64,000 nt of DNA, taken from positions 1,504 to 65,503 of the forward strand of contig CAVEQO010000006.1 in the NCBI GenBank assembly GCA_963617965.1, in the 5' to 3' direction. A program made the position numbers and the translations under genes. The number at the start of each line of letters is the position of its first letter. Position 1 is the first letter of the stretch. Below are positions 23,707-34,637 of this stretch, piece after piece. The notes under the pieces were generated by a model. That model was not told the DNA's origin, searched no databases, and was given only the letters and a program-made list of their open reading frames with translations. Source of the DNA: Anaerovoracaceae bacterium. Its GTDB lineage: Bacteria > Bacteroidota > Bacteroidia > Bacteroidales > Bacteroidaceae.

Positions 23707-25950
23707 ATGGGGAAAAAAACGAATTTCCAGAGCCGGAAGAACAAGAGGGAACTGGCGAACGTGCTGATGGATTTTTTTCTTGCCAATCCCGACACGGAGT
23801 TTGGCAAGACGGAGCTTTACAATGAGTTCAGGCTCAAGAGCCATCCTTCGCGCAAGGTTATGGTTGACATTCTTGAAGATCTGGTCATGTGCGGCTACTT
23901 GTCGCAGGGGGCTTCGGGGGGCTACACCCTCCGGCTACAGCAGGATTTGATGGAAGGCACGGTGGTGCGCCGCGGCAGGGAATACTCTTTCCTGCCCGAC
24001 GGGGAGGAAACTCCGGTCTATCTCGATGAGCGCAACAGTGCGGGAGCACTCAACGGCGACAGGGTGTCGGCCTCCGTGTCGTTCTGCCGCAGGGGCAACC
24101 GGAAGGAGGCACGAGTGTCAACCGTGATCAGCAGGGCGAAAGACACCTTTGTCGGAGTACTTTCGGTAGACAAACATTTCGCTTTTCTGGAGACTTCCGA
24201 CAAGTATCTGCCTTACGATATTTTCATACCCAAGACCAACATCGGTCCGGCGCACAATGGTGACAAGGTGATAGTCAAGATTGTGGAATGGCCGTCAAGG
24301 AACAACCGTTCGCCGGTGGGCAGGATTGTGGACGTGCTAGGCACCACGGGTGACAACACCGTTGAGATGCACGCCATTCTGGCGGAGTTCGGACTGCCTT
24401 ACTCTTACCCGGAAAACCTGGAACGGCTGGCCGACAGGATTCCGGATTCGATTCCGCAGAAAGAGATAAAGGAGCGGGAGGACTTCCGTGGAGTGACCAC
24501 GTTCACTATTGACCCGCGCGATGCCAAGGACTTTGACGATGCCCTTTCGCTGCGCCGTATAGACGGCGGGCTATGGGAGGTGGGCGTACACATTGCTGAT
24601 GTGACGTATTATGTCAAGGAGGGATCGCCTATTGACGAAGAGGCCTACAGCCGCGCCACCAGCGTGTATCTGGTAGACCGCACAATACCCATGCTGCCCG
24701 AACGGCTGTGCAACTACATCTGTTCGCTGCGCCCCGACGAGGAGAAACTGGCATACAGCGTCATTTTCAACATGAACGACAGTGGGGACGTGACCGACTG
24801 GCACATCGCCCGTACGGTGATCAAGAGCGACCGCCGTTTCACGTATGAGGAGGTGCAGGCTATTCTGGAGCAGAACGGCGAGGCTTCGCCGGAGGACCTC
24901 TCCAAGCCCGGCTATCACCCTGCCCGCATGAAACCGGGAGCCGGCGGAAGCCCCGTGGGCGAGTATGCGGCGGAATTGATTGCGCTCAACCGGTTAGCAA
25001 AGCGGTTGAGAGAACAACGTATCAAAAACGGGGCCATAGAGTTTGAGCGCGAAGAGGTTCGCTTTGAGTTGGATGACAAGGGACACCCCATAAGCACCTA
25101 CATAAAGGTGTCGCAAGACGCCCACAAGCTGGTGGAGGAGTTCATGCTTCTGGCCAACCGTCATGTGGCCCAGAAGATAGGAATGGTGCCGCCGGGCACC
25201 AAGGCCAAGGTGTTTCCCTACCGTATCCACGACGTGCCCGATCCCGACAAGTTGGGAAAGCTTGCCGGCTATGTGGCCCGTTTCGGCTATCGCCTTGACG
25301 CTTCGGGTTCCCGCAAACAGGTGTCAAAGGAGATCAACGCCATGCTTGCCAAGGCCCAAGGCACGCGCGAGGAGGAACTGATAGAGGAAATCACCCTCCG
25401 CTCTATGATGAAGGCCCGCTACAGCACACACAACATAGGGCACTACGGTCTGATGTTCAAGTACTACACCCATTTCACTTCGCCCATAAGACGCTATCCC
25501 GACCAGATGGTCCACCGTCTGCTCACGCGCTATCTGGCTGGGGGGCGCAGCGTGAACCGGCTCAAGTGTGAGGAGCAGTGCGAGCACTCCAGTGCCATGG
25601 AACAGCTTGCAGCGAATGCCGAGCGTGCATCGATAAAGTACAAGCAGGTGGAGTTCCTTGCCGACAAGATAGGGCAGGAATTTGACGGAAAAGTGAGCGG
25701 GGCATCGGACTTCGGGCTGTTTGTGGAACTGACGGAATCAAAGTGCGAGGGAGCGGTGCCACTGCGTACTCTCCACGATGACTATTACAGCTTTGACGAG
25801 CGCACGCTGTGTCTGCGCGGTCGCCGCACACACCGCATCATCGGTCTGGGCGACCCGGTAAGGGTGCGCGTGGCGAACGCCAATCTCGAGAAACGCCAGC
25901 TTGACTTTGAGTTGCTTGAGGTAAAGGGGCGTAAATGCAAGAGACAGTGA
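23707..25950 (+). CDS. rnr: ribonuclease R
   Basis: The ATG at 23707 (MGKKTNFQSRK) lies within ORF 23395..25950. RNB domain motifs are TIDPRDAKDFDDALS and HFTSPIRRYPD, followed by a C-terminal S1 domain. Confidence 0.9.
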   Translation: MGKKTNFQSRKNKRELANVLMDFFLANPDTEFGKTELYNEFRLKSHPSRKVMVDILEDLVMCGYLSQGASGGYTLRLQQDLMEGTVVRRGREYSFLPDGEETPVYLDERNSAGALNGDRVSASVSFCRRGNRKEARVSTVISRAKDTFVGVLSVDKHFAFLETSDKYLPYDIFIPKTNIGPAHNGDKVIVKIVEWPSRNNRSPVGRIVDVLGTTGDNTVEMHAILAEFGLPYSYPENLERLADRIPDSIPQKEIKEREDFRGVTTFTIDPRDAKDFDDALSLRRIDGGLWEVGVHIADVTYYVKEGSPIDEEAYSRATSVYLVDRTIPMLPERLCNYICSLRPDEEKLAYSVIFNMNDSGDVTDWHIARTVIKSDRRFTYEEVQAILEQNGEASPEDLSKPGYHPARMKPGAGGSPVGEYAAELIALNRLAKRLREQRIKNGAIEFEREEVRFELDDKGHPISTYIKVSQDAHKLVEEFMLLANRHVAQKIGMVPPGTKAKVFPYRIHDVPDPDKLGKLAGYVARFGYRLDASGSRKQVSKEINAMLAKAQGTREEELIEEITLRSMMKARYSTHNIGHYGLMFKYYTHFTSPIRRYPDQMVHRLLTRYLAGGRSVNRLKCEEQCEHSSAMEQLAANAERASIKYKQVEFLADKIGQEFDGKVSGASDFGLFVELTESKCEGAVPLRTLHDDYYSFDERTLCLRGRRTHRIIGLGDPVRVRVANANLEKRQLDFELLEVKGRKCKRQ

Positions 25951-25980
25951 AGTTCCTGTGGTGACAGCACGGATACAGGG

Positions 25981-26034
25981 CATACAGAAAAGCGGCGGAG
26001 ACTTGAAGTCAAGTCTCCGCCGCTTTTCTGTATG
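25981..26034. terminator. bidirectional terminator between convergent rnr and permease genes
   Basis: 26-bp perfect inverted repeat CATACAGAAAAGCGGCGGAGACTTGA / TCAAGTCTCCGCCGCTTTTCTGTATG with a 2-nt centre. Confidence 0.75.
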
Positions 26035-26045
26035 CAAGGAGTCTC

Positions 26046-27347
26046 CTACAGGAAGATGTAGCGTAGCAGGAAGAGAACGGAAAGGATTATCATGCCCGGG
26101 TTGAGTCCTTTCACTTTGCCGCAGCACAGGTGTATCAGAACCCATGAAATTATGCCGAGCAGCATGCCCTCGGAGATAGAGCACGTCAGGGGGATGAAAG
26201 ATATGCAGACAAAACAGGGAACAGCGCTTGCGTAGTCGCCGAAGTCAATCTTGCTGACAGACCCCATCATCATTGCACCTACCAGAATCAGCGCAGGAGC
26301 TGTGGCCTGGGGTGGAATGGCAAGAAACAGGGGTGCGAAGAACAAGGCAGCGGCAAAGCATACGGCAGTAGTGAACGCTGTCAGTCCGCTGCGTCCGCCC
26401 TCGTTGACTCCAGCCGCACTTTCCACGAAGGTGGTGACGGTGGACGTGCCTAGCAGAGCTCCGGCAGCGGTACCCACGGCATCGGCGGTAAAGGCCTGCT
26501 TGAGCCGTGGAATGTTTCCGTCCTTGTCAACTATGCCGGCTCGTTCGCTCACTCCCACGATTGTGCCTATGGTGTCGAAAATGTCAAAAAACAGCAGCGT
26601 GAATACGCATATCACCATGTCAAGGCAGAAGATATTGTTCCATTCAAACTGGCAGAACACGGGTTCAAGGCTTGGAGGCGCACTGACCAGTGCGGTGAAT
26701 TTGGTGATGCCTAAAGGAATGCCGATGGCGGTGACAAGCAGTATGCCTATCAGCAGGGCTCCGGTCACTTTGCGTACAAGCAGAACGGTACTGATGACAA
26801 TTCCGGTGCAGGCGAGGATTACCGCCGGGTCGTGGAGGTTGCCGAGACTTACGAGAGTGGCTTCGTTTTTGACAACGATTCCGGCGTTTTTCAGACCGAT
26901 GAAAGTGATGAAAAGACCGATGCCCGGCGATATGGCATGGCGGAACACAGGAGGAAGACAGTCCACGATTTTCTGCCGCAGGTCGGTGAGGGTCAGGAAG
27001 ATGAAGATGAGACCCTCAATGAGTACCGCAGTGAGGGCAAACTGCCAGCGGTAGCCCATGGCAAGGACGACGGTATAGGCAAAGAATGCGTTGAGCCCCA
27101 TTCCGGGAGCAAGGGCGAAGGGTAGCTTTGCATAGAACGCCATGATAAGCGTGGCGACAATGGCCGATACGGCTGTTGACGTGAAGACCGCATTCTGGTC
27201 CATACCCGTGGAACTGAGGATCATGGGGTTGACGGCGAGGATGTATGCCATGGTCAGAAAAGAGGTGAAGCCTCCCGTGACTTCTTTCCTTACTGTCATT
27301 TTGCTGTTGTCAAAGCCAAACAGCGTCTGTAGCATTGTATGACTCAT
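26046..27347 (-). CDS. NCS2 family nucleobase permease (AzgA-like adenine/guanine/hypoxanthine permease)
   Basis: 433 aa, polytopic, with an AzgA-like N-terminus (FGFDNSKMTVRKEVTGGFTSFLTMAYILAVNP). Confidence 0.85.
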   Translation of the reverse strand: MSHTMLQTLFGFDNSKMTVRKEVTGGFTSFLTMAYILAVNPMILSSTGMDQNAVFTSTAVSAIVATLIMAFYAKLPFALAPGMGLNAFFAYTVVLAMGYRWQFALTAVLIEGLIFIFLTLTDLRQKIVDCLPPVFRHAISPGIGLFITFIGLKNAGIVVKNEATLVSLGNLHDPAVILACTGIVISTVLLVRKVTGALLIGILLVTAIGIPLGITKFTALVSAPPSLEPVFCQFEWNNIFCLDMVICVFTLLFFDIFDTIGTIVGVSERAGIVDKDGNIPRLKQAFTADAVGTAAGALLGTSTVTTFVESAAGVNEGGRSGLTAFTTAVCFAAALFFAPLFLAIPPQATAPALILVGAMMMGSVSKIDFGDYASAVPCFVCISFIPLTCSISEGMLLGIISWVLIHLCCGKVKGLNPGMIILSVLFLLRYIFL

Positions 27348-27424
27348 AAATATGGTATTGTTATGTGGAGAGTACGTTTCCCTGCCTGTCTGTACTGCCT
27401 TGTGGAGGATTGCCGTTGGTTTCT

Positions 27425-29629
<2,205 letters not shown>

Positions 29630-29639
29630 TCAAAAAGCA

Positions 29640-29647
29640 GTACTTTT
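29640..29647 (+). promoter_or_regulatory. -7 box (TACTTTTG) for the TSCPD/methyltransferase pair
   Basis: Matches TAnnTTTG, 29 nt upstream of the ATG at 29677. Confidence 0.45.
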
Positions 29648-29676
29648 GCCTTTGGTTAACTTACAAACAGTCAGCA

Positions 29677-29937
29677 ATGAAGCAGATAGAATACCGTCCG
29701 CAGGGCACGTGTAGCCAGCTTGTCACACTGTCGGGCGAAGCCGGGCGTATAGTGGACGTGAGTTTCACGGGCGGTTGCAACGGCAATCTACAGGGGCTTT
29801 CTTCGCTTGTGAGAGGCATGAAATACGAAGAGGTCATAGCCAAGCTACGGGGCATCCGTTGCGGAATGAAGCGTACGTCGTGTCCCGACCAACTGGCGGA
29901 GGCGGTCAAGGTGCTCATGTCACAAGAGGGCGCATGA
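29677..29937 (+). CDS. TSCPD domain protein (TIGR03905-like)
   Basis: 86 aa with conserved Cys pattern GTCS ... GGCNGNLQG ... RCG ... TSCPDQLA. Confidence 0.75.
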   Translation: MKQIEYRPQGTCSQLVTLSGEAGRIVDVSFTGGCNGNLQGLSSLVRGMKYEEVIAKLRGIRCGMKRTSCPDQLAEAVKVLMSQEGA

Positions 29938-31130
29938 CTGATGAAACTTTTATCGCACAACATCTGGATGATGACGTGCGGGCTCTTGCCCTCAAAAAGA
30001 TTCCGCATGGCGTAGATTCCGCATGGTGTCTGCAGCAGATAGAGGGATGGCAGTCGGCAAAAGCCAAAATCCCATCGTGGGCGGCTGTGCGCGGGCTCTG
30101 GTTTCCGCCTCGGCTGCCGATGGAGCAATGCTCAAGCGAACAGACGGCTCTGTACAAACAAAGGCTTGTGGCGCGATTGCTGCCCGACGAGGCCGACAGG
30201 TCGGAGATGATAGACTTTACCGGCGGATACGGGGTTGACTTCAGTTTTATGGCCAGCCTGTTCCGGCACGGCGTGTATGCGGAGAAACAGAAAAGCCTGT
30301 GCGACATGGCTCGCCACAATTTCCCGCTGTTGGGGTTGCACAACGTGGACGTTGTACAGCTTGATACAGCCGAAGACTGTGCCTTGCTGCACGATGGACG
30401 GCTCTGTTCGCTGGCGTATCTTGACCCTGCACGCAGGGACTGCACCGGTCGCAAAACCGTGGCGATAGAGGATTGTTCTCCAGACCTTACGCAGCTGATG
30501 CCGCTCCTGCTGGACAAGGCGGGAACGGTCATCATGAAACTTTCACCGATGCTTGACGTGTGCCGTGCGTTAAGGGCGTTGCCGTGCGTGAGGGAAGTGC
30601 ATGCCGTCAGCGTGAGGGGCGAGTGCAAGGAACTGCTGCTGGTATGCTCGCGGCAGGAAACCGAACTCCGGTATTTCTGCGTCAACCTCGGCACGGGCGA
30701 CGCTCCTGTCGTTGTAGGATCTCGGAGACCGCTTGTGACACCTGTGACAGGTTCGCTGGCAGAAGCGGAATATCTGTGCGAACCGAACCCGTCGGTACTG
30801 AAACTGGGAGTGCAGGATGCTGTTGCCGAAGACTACGGGTTGCGCAAACTCCATGCAAGGAGCAACCTGTATGTGGGCAACAGCTGTGCGGAGAATTTTC
30901 CCGGTCGCCGCTTCCGGATAAAAGGATACAGCGACTTCGGCAAGCGTAGCCTCAAGGATTTTCTCAAGGGTATGACGCAGGCCAATCTCACGGTGCGCAA
31001 TTTCCCCTCAACGGTGGCGGAACTGCGCAAAAGGCTGAAACTGAAAGAGGGAGGGCGGATTTATCTTTTTGCCACCACAATAGCGGAGGGCAACGGTTCT
31101 CATGTCATGATAAAATGCGAGAAAGCCTGA
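29934..31130 (+). CDS. class I SAM-dependent methyltransferase (THUMP-like C-terminal region)
   Basis: The ATG at 29934 overlaps the upstream stop (ATGA). The SAM-binding-like motif is MIDFTGGYGVDF. 398 aa. The substrate is unknown. Confidence 0.6.
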   Translation: MTDETFIAQHLDDDVRALALKKIPHGVDSAWCLQQIEGWQSAKAKIPSWAAVRGLWFPPRLPMEQCSSEQTALYKQRLVARLLPDEADRSEMIDFTGGYGVDFSFMASLFRHGVYAEKQKSLCDMARHNFPLLGLHNVDVVQLDTAEDCALLHDGRLCSLAYLDPARRDCTGRKTVAIEDCSPDLTQLMPLLLDKAGTVIMKLSPMLDVCRALRALPCVREVHAVSVRGECKELLLVCSRQETELRYFCVNLGTGDAPVVVGSRRPLVTPVTGSLAEAEYLCEPNPSVLKLGVQDAVAEDYGLRKLHARSNLYVGNSCAENFPGRRFRIKGYSDFGKRSLKDFLKGMTQANLTVRNFPSTVAELRKRLKLKEGGRIYLFATTIAEGNGSHVMIKCEKA

Positions 31131-31179
31131 CCTCCGCAGGAGAGAGCTGCGGCAACAGGATAGCCGGTTGCCGGAAAAA

Positions 31180-31791
31180 TCAGAAGAAGTAGCCTACGTG
31201 TGCCTGAAAGGAATTGCTCTTCACAGACTGTCCTGTGGCTTTGGTCTTGGCAAACTTGGAGAGGGCGATGTTGTAGCCCACACCCACCTCAACGTGCTTG
31301 AGCACTTTCAGTCCCACTCCGATGTTCCACGACAGGATGGAGTTTTTGATGCGGTACTCATCGGTGCTCCAGAAACTGCTGAAGCTTTTTGATCCGACAT
31401 TGAAGCCGAACTGCGGACCGGTGGCAAGGTATCCCGCCACAAGAGAAGGTACGCCGAACTGATACCTCAGGTTTACGGGGATTTCCAAAGTTCTGAGAGT
31501 ACGGGTCTGGTCTGTTCCGGACACGTTGTCCGCACCGTTGACATAGCGTTGGGAGTACTGCACGGAAGCATCGGCACCGATACCTACGACAGGCACCGTA
31601 AACTCCAGCTTGGGTCCCGCAAACCAACCACACCGGTTGTCGGAACGGAAATTGCGACCGGACGGCTCGCGAAAGTTTGCCTTGCTGAGGTTCATGCCGG
31701 CCACGACGCCGAAGTCAAGTTGCGCCTGGCTTTGCAGGATGCCGAAAGCGGTGAAGAGGCACAGGGCAACAGCGAAGATTTTCTTTTTCAT
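31180..31791 (-). CDS. outer-membrane beta-barrel (porin family) protein
   Basis: 203 aa with the signal peptide MKKKIFAVALCLFTAFGILQSQAQ, alternating amphipathic beta-strand pattern and a C-terminal aromatic residue (YFF). Confidence 0.7.
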   Translation of the reverse strand: MKKKIFAVALCLFTAFGILQSQAQLDFGVVAGMNLSKANFREPSGRNFRSDNRCGWFAGPKLEFTVPVVGIGADASVQYSQRYVNGADNVSGTDQTRTLRTLEIPVNLRYQFGVPSLVAGYLATGPQFGFNVGSKSFSSFWSTDEYRIKNSILSWNIGVGLKVLKHVEVGVGYNIALSKFAKTKATGQSVKSNSFQAHVGYFF

Positions 31792-31895
31792 GATCAGGAA
31801 AGTTGTGTGTCATCGATACGGCAAAAGCCGTCCGGATTTCCACCCGGCACAGAGAAACAACGGCACGGGTGGCTTTTTATTGTTGCTTTGTTCCG

Positions 31896-31903
31896 CAAAA
31901 GTA
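31896..31903 (-). promoter_or_regulatory. candidate -7 box (TACTTTTG) for the porin gene
   Basis: Reverse complement of CAAAAGTA, 104 nt upstream of the ATG. Confidence 0.3.
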
Positions 31904-32009
31904 TTAAAAATATATTGATTGTCAAACTTTAATGACATTTTATTGCTTTTCCTGTAGCCGTTGTCGTTGAAATGGCTTATTTTCGCAGCATAAAATTGAA
32001 AAAAGAGGA

Positions 32010-33434
32010 ATGTCATTGCAAGAGTTGTCAACCGCACAGGTCCAGAAGCAGACAGAGGAGCAGAGGCAGGTTCTGAAGCCTCTGACCCAAACGGAGATCC
32101 GGCTGTTGAGGTTGTCGCAGCAGGAGTTTGAGCAGGATGTGCGCAACCAGCTTGACGCCAACCCAGCACTTGAGGAATATGAGGATTATGATGATGGCGA
32201 AGCCAAGGAGGAAGCTTCTGGTGCCGCTACTGACGATGGCGGAGAATACACCAAAGAGGATTACGACAACGACAGCATGAATGACTATGCCCCCGATGAC
32301 GTTCCGACCTACTATGATCCCGACAATACCCGAGAGAAGACGGCGGTTGACGGGCTGTCGTTCTACGACTTGCTAAGGGAACAGGCCTCCGGGGCGGATC
32401 TTACGGAAAAGGAACAGCAGATAATGGAGTATCTGATAGGGTCGCTTGATGACGACGGATTCCTACGCTGTTCACTGCGCAAGCTCTGCGACGAGATAGA
32501 GATCAACGAAGACATGGAGGTCAGCATCGGCGAGGTGGAGAGAGTTCTCCGTATCCTCCAGTCATTTGAGCCTGTGGGTGTCGGTGCGCGCAGCCTTCAG
32601 GAAAGTCTTGTGATACAACTGAAAGGCCTTGAGACGGATTCCCCTCTGAAAACTACGGCCGTTGACATTCTCACCAGAGGGTTTGACGATTACAGGAACA
32701 AGCGTTTCGGCAAGTTGTGCGCACGCTTTAAACTGGATCGTCAGGACCTCGATCGGATATACGAACTTGTGCGTCACCTCAATCCCCGTCCCGCCGGGTC
32801 GCTTCTACAGGAAACAGACAGCCATGCCATGCAGGTATCGCCCGATTTCATAGTAAGGGAAAGCGATGGAGGGTTCACCGTGTCGCTGAGCCAGGGGCAT
32901 CTGCCCAAGATAAAGATAAGCCAGTCATACTGCGACTATGCCCTGTCGGGCAGCCAGTCGGGCGAGCAGACGGCTGTGAGGCGCCAGGTGAACGAGGCAA
33001 AGCTGTATCTGACGGCTGTCAAGCTGCGCCAGAACACATTGCTTGAAACGATGAAAGCCATTGTGAGGATGCAGCCGGAATATTTCCATACGGGCGAGCG
33101 TTCCTCACTGGTGTCCATGACGCAGGCCGACATTGCCAGAATTGTAGGGCGCGACCCAAGCACCATTTCGGGCGTGGTGTCCAACAAGTATGCTGACACG
33201 CCATTTGGCATAGTGCATCTGGGTGGGCTGTTCACCCAGACCTTCCTGAACAGGCAGGGTGATGAAGTGTCGCGCGAGGACGTGATGAAGAAGATGCGTC
33301 GGCTGATAGACTCTGAAGACAAGGCAAACCCCGTTTCCGACGAGCAGCTGGCAGAAATGCTTAACGTGGCTCGGCGCACGGTGGCCAAATACCGCAAGAT
33401 AATGAAGATTCCCGTAGCCCGGTTGCGCAGATGA
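32010..33434 (+). CDS. rpoN: RNA polymerase sigma-54 factor
   Basis: 474 aa with a Gln/Glu-rich N-terminus, an acidic region and the C-terminal RpoN box ARRTVAKYR. Confidence 0.9.
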   Translation: MSLQELSTAQVQKQTEEQRQVLKPLTQTEIRLLRLSQQEFEQDVRNQLDANPALEEYEDYDDGEAKEEASGAATDDGGEYTKEDYDNDSMNDYAPDDVPTYYDPDNTREKTAVDGLSFYDLLREQASGADLTEKEQQIMEYLIGSLDDDGFLRCSLRKLCDEIEINEDMEVSIGEVERVLRILQSFEPVGVGARSLQESLVIQLKGLETDSPLKTTAVDILTRGFDDYRNKRFGKLCARFKLDRQDLDRIYELVRHLNPRPAGSLLQETDSHAMQVSPDFIVRESDGGFTVSLSQGHLPKIKISQSYCDYALSGSQSGEQTAVRRQVNEAKLYLTAVKLRQNTLLETMKAIVRMQPEYFHTGERSSLVSMTQADIARIVGRDPSTISGVVSNKYADTPFGIVHLGGLFTQTFLNRQGDEVSREDVMKKMRRLIDSEDKANPVSDEQLAEMLNVARRTVAKYRKIMKIPVARLRR

Positions 33435-34048
33435 AAAACAGGAATCTGATTCTTCTGGCAAAGATGTTGACGGTGCTTTTTGCTCCGCACTATTTTCCGG
33501 TGGTGTGTCTGCTGGTGCTGATGGGATTCAGCTATATGCGCTCTTTCCCGTTGAACTACAAGATTTTTGTGCTGGCAGTGGTGTATGTGTTTACCGTGGC
33601 CGCCCCTATGCTGTTGATTGCGCTCTATCACCGCATCATGAAGCATTCGGTGAAGCAGAAACAGAGGCGCGAACTGCGTGTCGTTCCCTACTGCGTCAGC
33701 ATCATATGCTATTTCGCGTGCTATCATGTGATGTCGTTTTTCATCGTTCCTCATTTTGTCGTCAGCGTTGTGGTGGCGGCCATCTTCGTGCAGCTGGTGT
33801 GCCTGCTGTGCAACAACTGGCACAAGGTGAGTACCCATTCCGCTGCCGCAGGGGCAATGAACGGAGCCCTGATGGCCTTTTCAATGATATTCAACTTTAA
33901 TCCTGTGTGGTGGCTGTGCCTCACTCTTCTGTTGGCGGGTCTTGTCGGTTCCAGCCGTCTTGTGCTACGCCGTCACTCGTTGTCCGAAGTGATGTCGGGA
34001 TTGGGACTCGGCCTGGTGGTGGGATTTTTTGCCATATTGTTCCTGTAA
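33431..34048 (+). CDS. PAP2-like integral membrane phosphatase family protein
   Basis: 205 aa, polytopic. Its ATG overlaps the rpoN stop (ATGA). The motifs STHS and SRLVLRRHSLSEV are degenerate PAP2 C2/C3 motifs. Confidence 0.5.
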   Translation: MKNRNLILLAKMLTVLFAPHYFPVVCLLVLMGFSYMRSFPLNYKIFVLAVVYVFTVAAPMLLIALYHRIMKHSVKQKQRRELRVVPYCVSIICYFACYHVMSFFIVPHFVVSVVVAAIFVQLVCLLCNNWHKVSTHSAAAGAMNGALMAFSMIFNFNPVWWLCLTLLLAGLVGSSRLVLRRHSLSEVMSGLGLGLVVGFFAILFL

Positions 34049-34083
34049 CAGCAAAACCAAGATTTATACATAATATATTGTAC

Positions 34084-34590
34084 ATGAAACCATTAGTAAG
34101 CATTATCATGGGCAGCACCTCGGATCTCCCTGTCATGGAGAAAGCGGCCAAGTTCCTTGAAGAGATGGGCATTTGTTTTGAGATGAACGCACTATCGGCC
34201 CACCGTACTCCCGCAGAGGTTGAGACCTTTGCACGCAATGCGGCTTCCCGCGGTGTCAAGGTGATACTGGCGGGCGCCGGTATGGCAGCCGCCTTGCCGG
34301 GGGTCATTGCCGCCAACACCACCCTTCCGGTGATAGGCATTCCCATCAAGGGTATGCTTGACGGTCTGGATGCTATGCTGTCGATTGTTCAGATGCCACC
34401 GGGTATCCCCGTTGCCACGGTAGGTGTCAATGGGGCAGAAAATGCCGCCATTCTGGCCGCGGAAATGCTGGCTCTGTCCGACGGCCAGGTCTCCGAACGT
34501 CTGGCCCAATACAAGGAAAGCCTGAAGCAGAAGATTGTAAAAGCCAATCAGGAACTGAAGGAGCTTAAATACAAGTACAAGACAAACTGA
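34084..34590 (+). CDS. purE: 5-(carboxyamino)imidazole ribonucleotide mutase
   Basis: The ATG at 34084 gives MKPLVSIIMGSTSDLPVM. SAHRTP and AGMAAALPGV motifs are present. 168 aa. Confidence 0.9.
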   Translation: MKPLVSIIMGSTSDLPVMEKAAKFLEEMGICFEMNALSAHRTPAEVETFARNAASRGVKVILAGAGMAAALPGVIAANTTLPVIGIPIKGMLDGLDAMLSIVQMPPGIPVATVGVNGAENAAILAAEMLALSDGQVSERLAQYKESLKQKIVKANQELKELKYKYKTN

Positions 34591-34637
34591 CCTTATATCT
34601 GCAAGTTCCGCTTGCAGTCAGTAAACGCATAGACATC

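Noticed and set aside
27348-27424. Purine riboswitch upstream of the NCS2 nucleobase permease
   Set aside because: The 77-nt spacer, read on the minus strand, shows none of the conserved purine-riboswitch loop or junction sequences.
31840-31885. Plus-strand hairpin (CCACCCG ... CGGGTGG) followed by CTTTTTATT, looking like an orphan terminator or sRNA 3' end
   Set aside because: The stem is only 7 bp with a 19-nt loop, and no plus-strand gene or promoter box lies upstream. It sits in the probable 5' leader of the minus-strand porin gene. The evidence is too weak to call.
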